A DNA stretch of 64,000 nt from Octopus vulgaris. Taxonomy: Eukaryota. The translations under genes were made by a program, and so were the position numbers. Each line of letters begins with the position of its first letter. Position 1 is the first letter of the stretch. Positions 1 through 13,141 of the stretch are shown here, one piece after another. Below the pieces are notes generated by a model. That model did no database searches. It saw only the letters and a program-made list of their open reading frames with translations, and was not told where the DNA came from. The DNA is taken from assembly GCA_951406725.2 (NCBI GenBank), contig OX597816.1, forward strand, positions 12,648,001 through 12,712,000, written 5' to 3'.

Positions 1-130
1 AAAACTATCCTTATCTCTAGTTCTCATCACTATCTTGTCTAAGTAAGACCTGAGCCTTCCGTCAACATTAATCCAGTAGAAGCCAATAGTAAAGTTACCT
101 CTAATAGAGGATACAAGTTCCAATCCCACC
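1..130 (-). pseudogene. Possible start of a LINE APE-endonuclease ORF running off the window edge
   Basis: Minus strand reads ...RGNFTIGFYWINVDGRLRSYLDKIV..., loosely like the APE domain I 'I..WNV.G' motif; too short to be sure. Confidence 0.25.
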
Positions 131-1122
131 CCCGCTAGGGGTCGGGCACAAAAAAAAACTAAGTCTAAAACGACTTAAAAACAGTTCGAATTTTTACACA
201 AAATTCAAAATGCAGTGCTTCAACGGTCACAGAAATCTATCAAACAGCTCCTATTCCCCGGTATACCGGGGAATATTATAAATAAATACAGTTCAACAAA
301 TACAACAACGGTAACAATCCAATAAAACGGAATCTAGCAATAGCAAAATGCACCGGCACAAAAGAACACAACCACATCGTACGACCGGAAGCAGGTTTCT
401 TACCACACGGCCACACTTGCGCTTGTAATATGTGAAGATTAGTATTATATAAGTCTTCACATTGTTAATAGCTTTTTTGTTTGATCGAAGAAGAACTGTG
501 CTTATAGAAATGACTGCTTTGTTGTTTTGATCCACCGGACGTTATTCCTGTTTTATGAAATATCGTCAAAATAGAAGTGCGCAAACCCTTTCCAAAAACC
601 ACGTTAAAAAGCCTTACTGAATGACAAAATGGGCATATTCTGAGACATACCAATCCATATCGACATGAAGCTTAAGACTAATCGGTCATGTTTTGTTACT
701 AAGGGCCACTAAAGAATAAAGAGCATCCTTATGAATGTATCCTTTTGAATAGTCAGTATTGCATCGCTAAAAGAACTCGTGAAATATGCAAAAATACAGA
801 TCAGGAAATGAAGTTAAGTTGTATGTGGGAATCTGAAAAGTTCCTCAAAATAGTAGGAGCTTTGGTAACGATTAAAAAAAAAGCTTTAGTGAAATGCATT
901 ACTGAAATCCGAAGAATTTCAAATATGTAGGCGGTAAAGAAAATGGCGCTACTAGAAAAAATATATGTATATCATGTAGTGTAATCATAATACAACATAA
1001 ACTACCAAACCAAAAATCAATGGAACAGGCTTTAAAGACAGGTAGAAACGCATTTAGTTGTGCAGTGGAAACACGTAATATAACGTAGAAACTTCTGAAA
1101 ATATTAAAACTAATAATAACTA

Positions 1123-1334
1123 TTTCTACTATAGGTAGAAGACCAGGAATTTGTAGGGAGGGGAATAGTAGATCACATCGACCCCAGTACTTGACTGGTA
1201 CTTAATTTATGATCCTCGAAAGGATGAAAGGCAAAGTCGACCCCGGTGAATTTTCAACTAAGAACGCAAAGACGGGCGAAATACCGCTAAGCATTTTGCC
1301 CGGCGTGCTAACGACTCTACCAGCACGCCGCCTT
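1123..1334 (-). mobile_element. SINE family A (tRNA-like head, conserved core, tail type 2)
   Basis: Matches the window consensus aggcggcgagctggcagaatcgttagcacgccgggcgaaatg...gtcgactttgcctttcatcctttcggggtcgataaattaagtaccag. Confidence 0.85.
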
Positions 1335-1344
1335 TTTTAAAATT

Positions 1345-1378
1345 AATAATAATAATAATAATAATGATGAGGAGGATG

Positions 1379-1413
<35 letters not shown>

Positions 1414-1547
1414 AATACTATGAGTTTCTTTGCCCTAGGAGTCGGGAAGACACTCGATAAGAAATGGAAGCAAATTTGTAAGAAGAAGAAAAACCCATAA
1501 ACAATAATAATGATAATAATAATGATGATGATGATAATAACAACAAC

Positions 1548-1611
<64 letters not shown>

Positions 1612-1625
1612 GTAATAATAATAAT
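1345..1625. repeat. (TAA)n/(TGA)n microsatellites with an embedded LINE 3' UTR fragment (about 1418-1500)
   Basis: Trinucleotide runs; 1418-1500 resembles 2172-2250. Confidence 0.85.
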
Positions 1626-1631
1626 ATCGAC

Positions 1632-1921
1632 ATAGCAAAGAAAGAACATGTATGATAATCGACATAGCATGCCCCGGTGACAACATGATCAATGTGAAAG
1701 AAGAAACTCGGTGCACTTGGGAAGTATCAGCACTCAACTACCAACATGGCTGAAAAAGATCGGTGCAACTGTGAAAGTAGAACGCATGCAAATATCAGCA
1801 TTGCTTGGAACTGCACAGGGTTCTTGAAGCATGATCATTAAATAGGTGTCACCTTAGTCTGCTGGCTGTAGGCAGTTGACACTTTCTATTATACACAGCA
1901 AAACAAGCTGTGAGTTTTCAT
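1632..1921 (+). mobile_element. R4/Dong-like LINE 3' fragment (restriction-like endonuclease C-terminus)
   Basis: Reads KERTCMIIDIACPGDN...GALGSISTQLPTWLKKIGATVKVERMQISALLGTA; flanked by (TAA)n on both sides. Confidence 0.8.
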
Positions 1922-1927
1922 ATAATG

Positions 1928-1988
<61 letters not shown>

Positions 1989-2001
1989 TAATAAAAATAA
2001 T

Positions 2002-2250
2002 ACTTACCACCCCTACAGGAGGTGCAAAAAATTGTGTTAACTGGAACGACTCATGTACTGAGAAGAGCATTATCGCTGTGAAAACAACATCCATTCATGA
2101 AGTTATTTATTTATCTGTTTTAAATACATATTTTATCTGTGAATTTGCACATGTAATCTGGGAATGCATACAATGAGCTTCTCTGCCCTAGGTGTACGGA
2201 AAACACTTGGCGAGAAATGGAAGAAAATTTGAAGAAAGGACGAAAAAAAA
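2002..2250 (+). mobile_element. R4/Dong-like LINE 3' fragment
   Basis: Reads LPPLQEVQKIVLTGTTHVLRRALSL* followed by a UTR; lies between (TAA)n tracts. Confidence 0.75.
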
Positions 2251-3673
2251 CCCAATAATAATAGTAATAAGGTTTTGATGCTTGTAAATTTTTTGAGACA
2301 AAAACACAACCTTGATGGTATTCTCTTTGAGTCAAAATGTAATGAATATTATAATCATTATGTGAATGATGATGATGATGATGACGATGATGATCACGTT
2401 GATCATGTTGATGATGACGATGATGACGATGAGGATGAGATACTTTAACATATATCAGAAACGTTCTTGACATTCAATATTTTCAGAATGTATTTATTTT
2501 TACTCCTCCTTCCGCATAATTGTATGTAAGATATGATATATGCTTTCCTATTTGCAATTTTTCTGATATTTCGTTTCATTGTGAAAATGATCCCTTAAAA
2601 TGCGAAAGAAATCTGCGTTCTGCCAAAATTACCAATTTTTTTCTTTCTTTTATTTCGCATTTCTACAGAATTTTCTAAAAAATGTTTTTTTAAGGAACAC
2701 CAATACGTTTTCTCTCTTAAATCAATCTCTGAAGAAATGAAGTTATTTTGCATTGTTATGCATATAGATAATATTATTTTTAAGATTCTTATAAATCTTC
2801 TTTAGTCGGAAAACATTATTTGCATCCTCTGAAATCCGAAGTCATCAATCCTTACAAGAGTAAAAATAAAACATAAAAATAAAATGAAGTAGATACTTCA
2901 TGTTGATGGATAGATATGCAGCAAAGTAATATGGTTGCAACGTGATGCTCAATGAACAGGGTTTTCCAAATGGCTGTGAACAAATGATACATTGCATCGA
3001 TCAAATATATATGTATGTATTAAATACTATAAAAAAAAGACCGATTGCCTACAACTAGATTACTCCATCTTGTTCTTGATTTTAAAAATAAGTAATTCTG
3101 TGTTCTGTTGAAATAATGTTCATATTTTGCTGATACAGATTCTTTGCCTACTTTTGCAGGCTAAATATATCTGGAATCTTGATTGAAATATTTTTTCAGT
3201 ACTGGTCTTCTTTTAGCAAAATATATTTTACGTTATATACGCAATTTTTTTTTTAAAGATGCCTTCATTAGAGGGTTTATATGTCATTGTTTCCGAAGTT
3301 ATTTGCCTGCAGAAATTCAACGTAATTATGCTGTAAAATTTTACAGTAAATAAATCTAAGGACTGTAGAGTAATGTAGTTTATTTGAAGCATTGTGTGAT
3401 TTAGAGTATCTATTTTCATGGTTTTGAAAAGTCAAGTCGATGCGAGTTATAAGAAATAAAAGGAAGCAATAGGTTTCCCTTTTATCTTTCCTTTCGATGT
3501 CTCCGGGTCAGGATCAGGATTTTTTTTTAGGAAAGCGAAATCGAAGATTTGGTGTCGAGAGTTAACTTTATCTATTCTGCTCTATAGTGCACGAGTGTGT
3601 GTGGGTATGTGGGAGGGTGGTATATGGAGGAGCAGGACTTTGCGCGTTCAAGATAGCGTTGTTATAATAATCA

Positions 3674-3960
3674 CTCAGTTACCAGAAGTTCGGTTCTGCT
3701 GTTAATACGGTTCTTGCTAATGATCATGGCTTCTTTTATCCTCAGGTTCCCAATATTTCATTTTGTACCAACAACGGAAACCTAAATGTCTTGGCTGTGA
3801 TTTTTCTGCAGATGTATTTTGACGGAAGAGGACGAACATTGAGGTGGTCTTTTAAACTATATATTCAACTGTTTGAAAATATTTCCAATGCAGGATTCAT
3901 TGCGTTTACTACAAGCGATTTTATACAAAACATAAGACCACAGACATATGGTGATTGGAC
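3674..3960 (-). pseudogene. Penelope-like element GIY-YIG endonuclease remnant
   Basis: VLYKIACSKRNESCIGNIFKQLNI*FKDHL fits the VY.I.C..C...YIG.T...L..R..EH pattern; downstream LRIKEAMIISKNRINSRTEL fits the C-terminal E..I....N motif; has stops and frameshifts. Confidence 0.75.
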
Positions 3961-5062
3961 TATTAGACGACGTGTATGTGTTTTTGTGTGGAGTTTGCAT
4001 TTTGTTTGAAACATTCCCAAGGAGATTGCTGAGTGTGCCAGCCATTCATTCAATCCATTCCTACGGATCGCTTGGAAAATATTTGAAGATAATTTTTAAA
4101 AAATCACATGAAAAATTGCAATGTTTTGGTTTTCCAGATCTACAATCAATAGCAAGTTCTAGAAACACATTTACTTACAAACGTACAAGTAAGAAATATA
4201 CTGGCGAACATCCTACAACAATCAACTGATTTTCCTTTAATGTTGCTTTCATCAGGTCTGAGACTTCAAGCAGAAAGAACTTTCTGCGGAATATGAGCAG
4301 TGCCTAACTAGGCAGTTTGTGTGTAATCCACCTCATAGTCAAAGCAGAAAGAACGGAAAAGGCGTTGCCTCGGAGATGGCGATGCCTCGGAGATGGCATT
4401 CGCTGGGACAGCCACTCTGGCTCACGGTGAACAGAGATGTGATCCGCAGCCGTAAATGCCTGAGGTTTCCACTTTCACAGGCTCGACCAAACATTTGTGA
4501 GACAGGAGCCGATATTTTGATAGTTTGCCCTTCTCTGCATGACGAAACGTAAGGCCTACGCCGACAGTTGAACACACTAGATTAAATATATTCCATTTTC
4601 CCTTATTCTCTGTCATCAAAACTGCATTGTGATCTATTGAAATCTCAGGCATTGCATACGTCTCCCTATGGCCCCTAAACGTTCTGAAACATCAGACTGT
4701 CTCCTCAACCAAACACATAGTCCATAACAAAAGTTATGGGTGCTGCGTTTGGTATAAGTCACGTGTGTACCTCCACCATGCATCAAGTCAAAATCGTTCA
4801 AGCTAAACTTCAATTCAATCAATTACAGCATTCTTTGCAAGGCCTACAAAATTTATAAGCATCATCTTTTCTTTCGTCTCGGAGTAATTAATAAACGATG
4901 TCTGAACTGTAAAACGCAAAAGAAAGCATAAATGAGATACGAAACACCCGGATGGAAATTTTATCATGAACTTAATTTCAAAGCAGCTTATCATCTACTT
5001 ATTGATCTGCTTAAGCACCTCATCGCGTGCATACACATATACATACTGGTGAGTGTGTGAAA

Positions 5063-5122
5063 GTGCATTATATCTATCTATCTATCTATCTATCTATTTA
5101 TCATCTATCTACATAAATATAT

Positions 5123-5157
<35 letters not shown>

Positions 5158-5479
5158 CGTACATATACATATACATATATGTTCATATTTATACATATAG
5201 ATATACGTATAGACTCTTATATATATGTATATATGTCAGCATTATATATTGATATATGCGTGAATATGTATAGGCATACACTATCACGCACATATGCATA
5301 TACATTTGTGCAGGCATTATCTAATTTGTGATTAAAAAATTAATGAAAGATGTTAAGTAGAGAAGAGATCGTTTTCTTGCCATGAAGGAAGTATGTCTAT
5401 AACGAAAAACAACAATGATAGCTATGCAATTGGAAACAATATGTATCCGTTGGCAAAAGTCTAATGGGCGTCTATATAA

Positions 5480-5544
<65 letters not shown>

Positions 5545-5883
5545 TCAGCATGGCCGCAGCTCTGAGCTGAAACTAGAAAAAAAATATATATATACACATG
5601 TATATATATACATATACATGTATATATATATATATTATTTACATGTATATACATATACGTAAATATATATATATACACATACATATATGTATGTGTGTTT
5701 GTATGTATGTATATATATATATACGTACATATATATATATACATACACATGTATATACATATACGTAATACATACATACACACACACACACATATATATA
5801 TATATTTATATATATATATATATATATACATATATATATGCACACACAAAGTATACGTATATATCAATATATATAAATTATGG

Positions 5884-5922
<39 letters not shown>

Positions 5923-5930
5923 CATATACT
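5063..5930. repeat. (TA)n/(TCTA)n/(CA)n compound low-complexity region
   Basis: Visible directly; explains the YI-rich ORFs. Confidence 0.9.
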
Positions 5931-6959
5931 GAAATACCACAACACATAGCAGTATGTACGGAATTTTAGTATCTTTTCAAATACATAATGATTTAAATTA
6001 CAAAAGAAATACATATTAATTAATGATAGACTTTTATTTTAATTTACTTTTTCTGTATATATTTTCTTTTCTGTTTCCTTTCTTTCACGACATTTTCGTT
6101 TTTTCTCTCTCACGTTTTTATTTTGTTTTGTTTTGAGAAATTTAGATCTTTTTTGTTAACCTTTGATAAATTTTTGTAAAAACCTAACATAAAAATTAGT
6201 CATTGTAATAAATGAAAACAACAATGTGTAATAAATATACATAAAAAAAAATTGTAAATATTAATATTGCTTCTCATTATATTTAGCCGAAATAATTGCC
6301 TTACTTTTGAAATCCAGTGCTATTGAAGAGGAAAAATTAACAAATAAGATACAAAGAAAAATTGAATATTGATTTCGCTATTGTATTTGCTTGCTTTTTG
6401 GAAAATTCTTGTCATGGAAATATTGCAAACATCATTACTGATTTCCTTTTTTATTATTTTTATGCGATAAAATAAAATTTTTCTCTTCTTTCAGTCTATA
6501 TTGTCGCTTCGTATTCATTAAAATATGGATTTATTTCTTCAATAAAAAATATTTTGACAAGGACATTTTCTTGCTGACTTTTTAATATTTATTTTTAATT
6601 ACAATATCATCATATTTCGCTCTTTATATAGCGCATCAAAATAAATTATTATCATTTCCACTAATTCTGTTTGTATTACGTTTTAGCTTCACAATGCAAA
6701 TATGCTTCCTGTGTATCTTTATAAGAAATGCATATTTAATTTGTCTGTGTGTTTTTACGCGTACCTATCACAAACACACGACTATCTTAAGTGACCTCAA
6801 CTGAAATTAAAACTATTTGGACCCCTATTTATTTGCAGATTTTAGGACTAACCATTTGCTAATCTGTAATAAATAGATTCTTTTGTTGGTTTTCTTTTGA
6901 TTAGGCACAAGGTTAATTTTTTTCAGCAGATTGAGATACGATTGTAAAAATGATTGCAA

Positions 6960-7442
6960 ATGTTAGCACAAGGCCAGCAATTTCGGGAGAGGAAGTGTGT
7001 CCATTACATCGACCTCAGTACTCAACTGGTACTTATTTTATTGACCTTGAAAGGGGGAAAGACAAAGTAGGCCCCGGTAGAATTTGAACTCAGAACGTAA
7101 AGACAGACGAGATGACGTTAGCCATTTTGTCCGGCGTGCCAACGATGCTGCCGGCACTCCACTTTAGTTAGTATAGCAACAATACTTAATTCATGGGCCG
7201 CAAGGGCCGAGTTATTATAGTAATAATGGTTTCAAATTTTGCCACAAGAGCAGCCATTTTGAGGGAGGGATTAACTCGATTACATCGATCCAAGTGTTTC
7301 ACTGGTACTTCATTTATCGACCCAGAAAGAAAGTACGGTAAAGTCGACCTCGGCGGATTTTGAACTCAGAACGTAGCGACCGGCAAAATACCGCTAATCA
7401 CTTTGTCCAACGTGCTAACGATTCCGCCAATTCGCCGCCTTA
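6960..7442 (-). mobile_element. Two adjacent SINE A copies (about 6960-7165 and 7225-7442)
   Basis: Reverse-complement core and head in both copies. Confidence 0.85.
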
Positions 7443-7702
7443 GTTATTATAGTAATATTAACGTTTAAATTAGGGCAAAATTCGTTGAGGTAATAGAATC
7501 AGAATTTCTTCTGGTCCTTTATGTTCTGAGCTCAAATTGCGCCGAAGTGAACTTTGAGCCTTCATCTACTCATCTATCTTATATATCAGTCATGTGGTTG
7601 GGTCAATATAATAGACTAACTCCTTTATCAGCAAAATTGTTGGCCTACAGCCAAAATTTGAATCGGTTATCATTATGGTCAGTGTAACAATTGGCAATGA
7701 AC

Positions 7703-7881
7703 GTGGCTGTGTGGTAAGTAGCTATAGGCGTAGGAGTGACTTTGTGGTAAGTAGCTTGCTCACGAACCACATGGTTCCGGGTTCAGTCCCACTGCATGGC
7801 ACCTTGGGAAAGTGTCTTCTACTATAGCCTCGGGTCTACCAAACCTTTGTGAGGGGATTTGGTAGACGGAAACAAAAAGAA

Positions 7882-7890
<9 letters not shown>
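7703..7890 (+). mobile_element. SINE family B, 5' half with duplicated head
   Basis: ggagtggctgtgtggtaagtagcttgc...ggttccgggttcagtcccactgc...caccttgggcaagtgtcttctactatagcc pattern; ends in (TA)n. Confidence 0.85.
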
Positions 7891-7939
<49 letters not shown>

Positions 7940-9319
7940 CATGTATGTATGTACATATATATATATACTAGAATTATGACCCGTCGTTGCCGGGTCATAG
8001 TGCTAGTGCATGTATATATGTGTACATATTACATGTACATCTATATATATATATATATATATATATACATCTACACATAAAATACAAAATACAAAGTTAT
8101 ATCTTGATATCGCTAGTGATAACAATACTCAAAATATATAATAGACTGGGATTGTAGGCCCGTCTCTTGCAATTTCGATCAATTGTATCTTGTCCTCCCT
8201 CTTGTATAGAAGTGTGGCTACAATGCAGCCTTCCTCTACTTCTGGGGGGGACATTTTAAATTTTTATCCGGGACGTCCTACGACCCAGATATATAGGTAA
8301 AAATAAAATATTTCCACTTTGCAAGGTTTGAGTCAAGTACTCCTTTGCACGCTCCGTTGACTCGAACCTTCCTTCTATTGTGGTGAATTTACCGCCTCTG
8401 GTTAGATATCTTTCATAGTCGCACCAAGACACTTTTCGATGGTGCTTTCCCCCAGGTGTTCAAATCTTTTTTTTCTCTACATTGTATGCTTTATAGATAA
8501 TAGTCTTTTCTTTAATTTTATTTTTTATTTCGTTTGGTGGTGTTATCCTAGATTCACCGTCTTTGTCGGTGATCAATCCGAAATAGGTTTGTATTTCTTC
8601 CATTTTAATTTAAATGAGTTCGCGCCCGCCGACAGCTGCAGCGAAATTCATTTTTGGACTTTCTTCTATTGAAGGCATTTTAACAAAATCCTTCCTTATA
8701 AACGGTGAAAATATTGTCAAGTCCCCAAACAGGGACACAATTCAATTTTTAAACAATAACCAAAGCTCCTTCTCCCAAAGGGGAAGTGTTACGGTTTACA
8801 ATTATTTATCAAATGCAACACAACAACGTTTCCCTTACGAGGAACAAACAAACGTGATAACAATAGTTAAACAGTAATAATAATAACAACAAACCTTACG
8901 GTGAATCAAAAAGCAGTGCGCAGTTGAAGCTATATTCCTTTATGTATAATAAATAAACCAACAGCAGTACTCAGTAGAAGCGGTTGTTCGAGAAAACAGA
9001 CATTAGATACAGCCAAACTTCATATAGATACTTAATGGTAGCTAATTAGCAGATAATCTAATGCAAAAGCCGTGGTAAAGGTTATGTGCACAGCTCCATC
9101 TGGACTATTCGATTTCTGCACACTAATTTTATTTCTAATCTATTCCCATTCATGTGAAACCACTTATTCAAGTTCGAGTCATTGATGCAATTTTATACCA
9201 ATTGCTATTTTTACTTTTAATTTTATGTTTCGATTTAATTTAGTTTGATTTTAAATATTACTTACTACATATAATTCAATTGTTATTATTATCTCTAATT
9301 TTTATTGTTAAAGTGAAAG

Positions 9320-9465
9320 TCTGAGTTCAAATTGCACCTAGGTCGATTTTTCCTTTCATTCTTTCGGGGTCGATAAATAAAGTACCAGTTGCGTATTGGG
9401 GTCGATCAAATCGACTGGCTTCCTCCCCCAAAATTCCGGGCCTTGTGACTAGAGTACAAAAGAAT
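9320..9465 (+). mobile_element. SINE A, 5'-truncated, tail type 2
   Basis: Core followed by a ccccaaaattccgggccttgtgactagagta tail. Confidence 0.8.
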
Positions 9466-9647
9466 ATCTGCTTTCGTTTGGATGACGTCACTTAGACGTA
9501 TCGAATCGAGTTTGTTTCGCTAGAATTCACATACATGGGTCACGTATTTAACAACTACTGCATATGCTTCTACTTCTCATGATTTTTAAATATCTTCTGT
9601 GGATAGAAACCGGGGACGAAAGTAGCAAATATAACACATTCGAAGTT

Positions 9648-9855
9648 CTTTTATTCCTTTACATTGTTTCAGTCATTTGACTGCAGCCAAGCTGGAGCAC
9701 TGCTTTTAGTCGAATCAAATCGACCCCAGGACTTATTCTTTGTAAGCCTAGTACTTATTCTATTGGTCTCTTTTGTCGAACCGCTAAGTTACGGGGACAT
9801 AAACACACCAGCATCGGTTGTCAAGCGATGTTGGGGGGACAAACACAGATACACA

Positions 9856-9910
<55 letters not shown>

Positions 9911-10085
9911 TATATATATATATATACATATATACGACGGGCTTTCAATTTCTATCTACCAAATCCACTCACAAGGCTTTAGTCGGCCCGAGGCTATAGT
10001 AGAAGACACTTACCCAAGGTGCCACGTAGTGGGACTGAACCCGTAACCCTGTGGCTGGTAAGCAAGCTACTTACCACACAGCCGC
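9648..10085 (-). mobile_element. SINE B, near full length, with internal (CA)n(TA)n
   Basis: Matches 55904-56306 in reverse. Confidence 0.9.
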
Positions 10086-10568
10086 TCGAAGTTCTTTTTG
10101 AAAAATTTGGACTTTAAAATGGAGTGTCCCAATAATAACAACAAATTTCACTCTGCCAGTCTGAATCTCTCTTTGTCTCTCTCTCTCTCTTTCTTTCTTT
10201 CTCCTCCTCTCGTAGTTTCTCTTTTAAAATCTTCCGCACTTACATTAAAAAGTTACTGTTGCATTCTGTCAAATGATCGACCGGGTGTGAATGGAGAGGG
10301 AGAGAGTGGGCGGAATGATTAACTGAGAATCGGCCTACACATAGCAACACACACACAGAAACACACTCACACACACACAAACAAACAAACACGCACACAC
10401 ACACACAAACACATACACACTAACCTGTTTATATAAACACGAACACATATATACATGCATGTATGTATATATGAATATATGTGTGTATGCATATAAACAT
10501 ATATATAAACCAAATATATGCCTACACACACACACATATATATGCATATCTAAATCAAAAGTATATAC

Positions 10569-10611
<43 letters not shown>

Positions 10612-11044
10612 TATATAAACAGGCCATACATATTAAAAAAAATACTAAATTACTATCAACCACAGGCAAGAGTTATTCGACGCCAAAGCGCTTATGTAAC
10701 GTTAGCTAAATGCAATATCGCTCCCACCACACATTCCCCTCCCCCATGTATATGTGCTGAATAAGGCTATACTCAGTCTCCATCTTACTCTTACTACATG
10801 TTAAATCCCAAATAACGTAATGGACAAAAGTGAAGCCGTTTGTTTTAGCTGTGCTGTTGTTTTTTAACATTTTTATATTCGGTTTCTATTGCAACACATT
10901 AATTGTTTTTTTTATATACATATGCATTTTTAATGTATTCACACACACACACCACCACCACCACCACCACCACCACCAGCACTACAAAATACACCCACTT
11001 ATATACATACGTTTGTAGTTTTGTAGTTAATATATGTACGTATA

Positions 11045-11697
11045 AGGCGGCGAGCTGGCACAATCGTTAGCACGTCGGGCGAAATGCGTAGCCGTATTTA
11101 GTCTGCAGTTTCGTTCTGAGTTCAAATTCAGCCGAGGTCGACTTTGCCTTTCATCCTTTCGGGGTCAATAAATTAAGTACCAGTAACGCACTGGTGTCGA
11201 TGTAATCGACTTAATCCGTTTGTCTGTCCTTGTTTGTCCCCTCTGTGTTTAGCCCCTTGTGGGAAGTAAAGAAATATATATGTACATATAAGGTGGCGAT
11301 ATGGCAGAAACGTTGGCACGCCGGGCGAAATGCGTAGCCGTATTTCGTCTGCTGTTACGTTCTGAGTTCAAATTCCGCTGAGTTCGACTTTGCCTTTCAT
11401 TCTTTCAAGGTCGATAAATAAAGTATCAGTTACGCACTGGGGTCTATGTAATCGACTTAATCCGTTTGTCTGTCCTTGTTTGTCCCCTCTATGTTTAGCC
11501 CCTTGTGGGTAGTAAAGAAATAGGTATATCGTCTGCCCTTTCGTTCTGAGTTCAAAATCCACCGAGGTCGACTTTGCCTTTCATCCTTTCGGGGTCGATA
11601 CATTAACTACCAGTTGCGTACTGGGGTTCATCTAATCGACTGAGGGGACGCCTCCCCCCGCCAAAATTTCGGGCCTTGTGCCTAGAATAGAAAATAA
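11045..11697 (+). mobile_element. SINE A cluster: monomer (11045-11275) followed by a compound core-tail1-core-tail2 copy (11291-11697)
   Basis: Three cores visible; near-identical atatatgtacgtata / atatatgtacatata flanks at 11030 and 11276. Confidence 0.9.
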
Positions 11698-11753
11698 TAG
11701 ATGTACATGTATATGCATGTATATATATATATATATATAAATATATATATATA

Positions 11754-11817
<64 letters not shown>

Positions 11818-12173
11818 TTATGATGAATCACGCCGAAGAAAATATACTAAGGAGATAGTTTTGAAATTGTGTATTGAGGATTTACAAAAATATTATTACG
11901 GTTAGACAGAGCGTGATAAGTTATTAATGCCTGTTATCCGTGATTACGAAGATGTAAAAAAGAAAATGAAAGCATTGTGTATGTATAATGAATTCCGAAT
12001 GAATCTTAACAGCCAGTATTTGTTGTATACCCATGCTTGTAAATAAATAAACGAGCAGACAAATAAATATTGATACGATGATATGAATAAAATAACGCAA
12101 GCATAAAGGATATATAAAGATATACGTATTTAAAAAGAGAAACAACATGCTCCAGCAGAAATGAAAATCATAG

Positions 12174-12444
12174 TACAGAAATCCCTCGATTCTCACGGAT
12201 GTTACGTTACAAAACCCCTCGCGATACGGGAAAATTCGTACTCTCTCTTTACTCTTCTACTCTTTTATTTGTTTAAGTCTTGTGACTGTGACCATGCAGG
12301 ATCACCGCCTTTAGTCTAGCAAACCGACCCCAGGACTTATTTTTTGTAAGCCTAGTTCTTATCCTATCGGTCCCTTTTGCCGAAACGCTAGTTACCGGGA
12401 CGTAAACACATCAGCAACGGTTGTCAAGCGATGTTGGGGAGGAA

Positions 12445-12475
<31 letters not shown>

Positions 12476-12811
12476 CATAAAATCGACTGACTTCTTTCAG
12501 TTTCCGTTTACCAAATCCACTCACAAGGCTTTAGCCTAAGGCTATAGTAATAGACACTTGCCCAAGGTGCCACGCAGTGCGACTGAACCCGGAACAATGT
12601 GGTTGGTAAGCAACCTACTTATCACACAGCCACGCCTGCGTGCTGAACTGTATATATATATATATTTATAATTTGTATATATTTATTTTATTATTAATGC
12701 AAAACAACACCACAGAGGAATCGACGTAAGCTTAAATATTAAACTGCAATAGATGAACCACAATAGGTGAACCGCGATAGCTGAACCGCGATGCGTCGAG
12801 GGATTACTGTA
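12174..12811. mobile_element. pogo/Tigger-like MITE interrupted by a SINE B
   Basis: Terminal inverted repeats tacagaaatccctcga / tcgagggattactgta (1 mismatch) with TA ends. Confidence 0.65.
12239..12640 (-). mobile_element. SINE B
   Basis: Full family consensus in reverse. Confidence 0.9.
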
Positions 12812-12848
12812 TTCTATATTCGTCTACATATATTTGATTCTGTAGATT

Positions 12849-13141
12849 CGTGTGGCTTAGCGGTTAGGGTTTTCGGGCTCACGATCGTAAAGTCCTGAGT
12901 TCGATACCCGACAGCACTTTATTTTCTTGTTACTCCAGTCCACTCAGCTGGCGAAAATTAATAATTCAAACATTTAGCTTTGTTGCATTCTGTGTCAAGC
13001 TGAATCGCCCTGAGCACCTACATGAAGAGCACGTGAGTCTGTACTGTGCTCAGCCACGTGCACGTTAATTTCACGAGCAGGCTGTTTATGTGATCGGGAC
13101 AAATTGGAACCCTGGTAGTAGTCGTAACCGACCGAGTGCCC
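12849..13141 (+). mobile_element. SINE with family E tail
   Basis: tRNA-like head (tggcttagcggttagg...gagttcgataccc); 3' part matches 55365-55522. Confidence 0.75.

Noticed and set aside
2722-2772. CTGAAGA with AATG/CATT stem and ATGCAT palindrome
   Set aside because: GAAA is absent (GTTA) and the stem I register is off
4215-4262. CTGATGA...GAAA on the minus strand
   Set aside because: Stems I and II do not pair, and position 17 is G
11045-11697. CRISPR-like repeated units
   Set aside because: The units are SINE modules of 170-230 bp without unique spacers, and there are no cas genes
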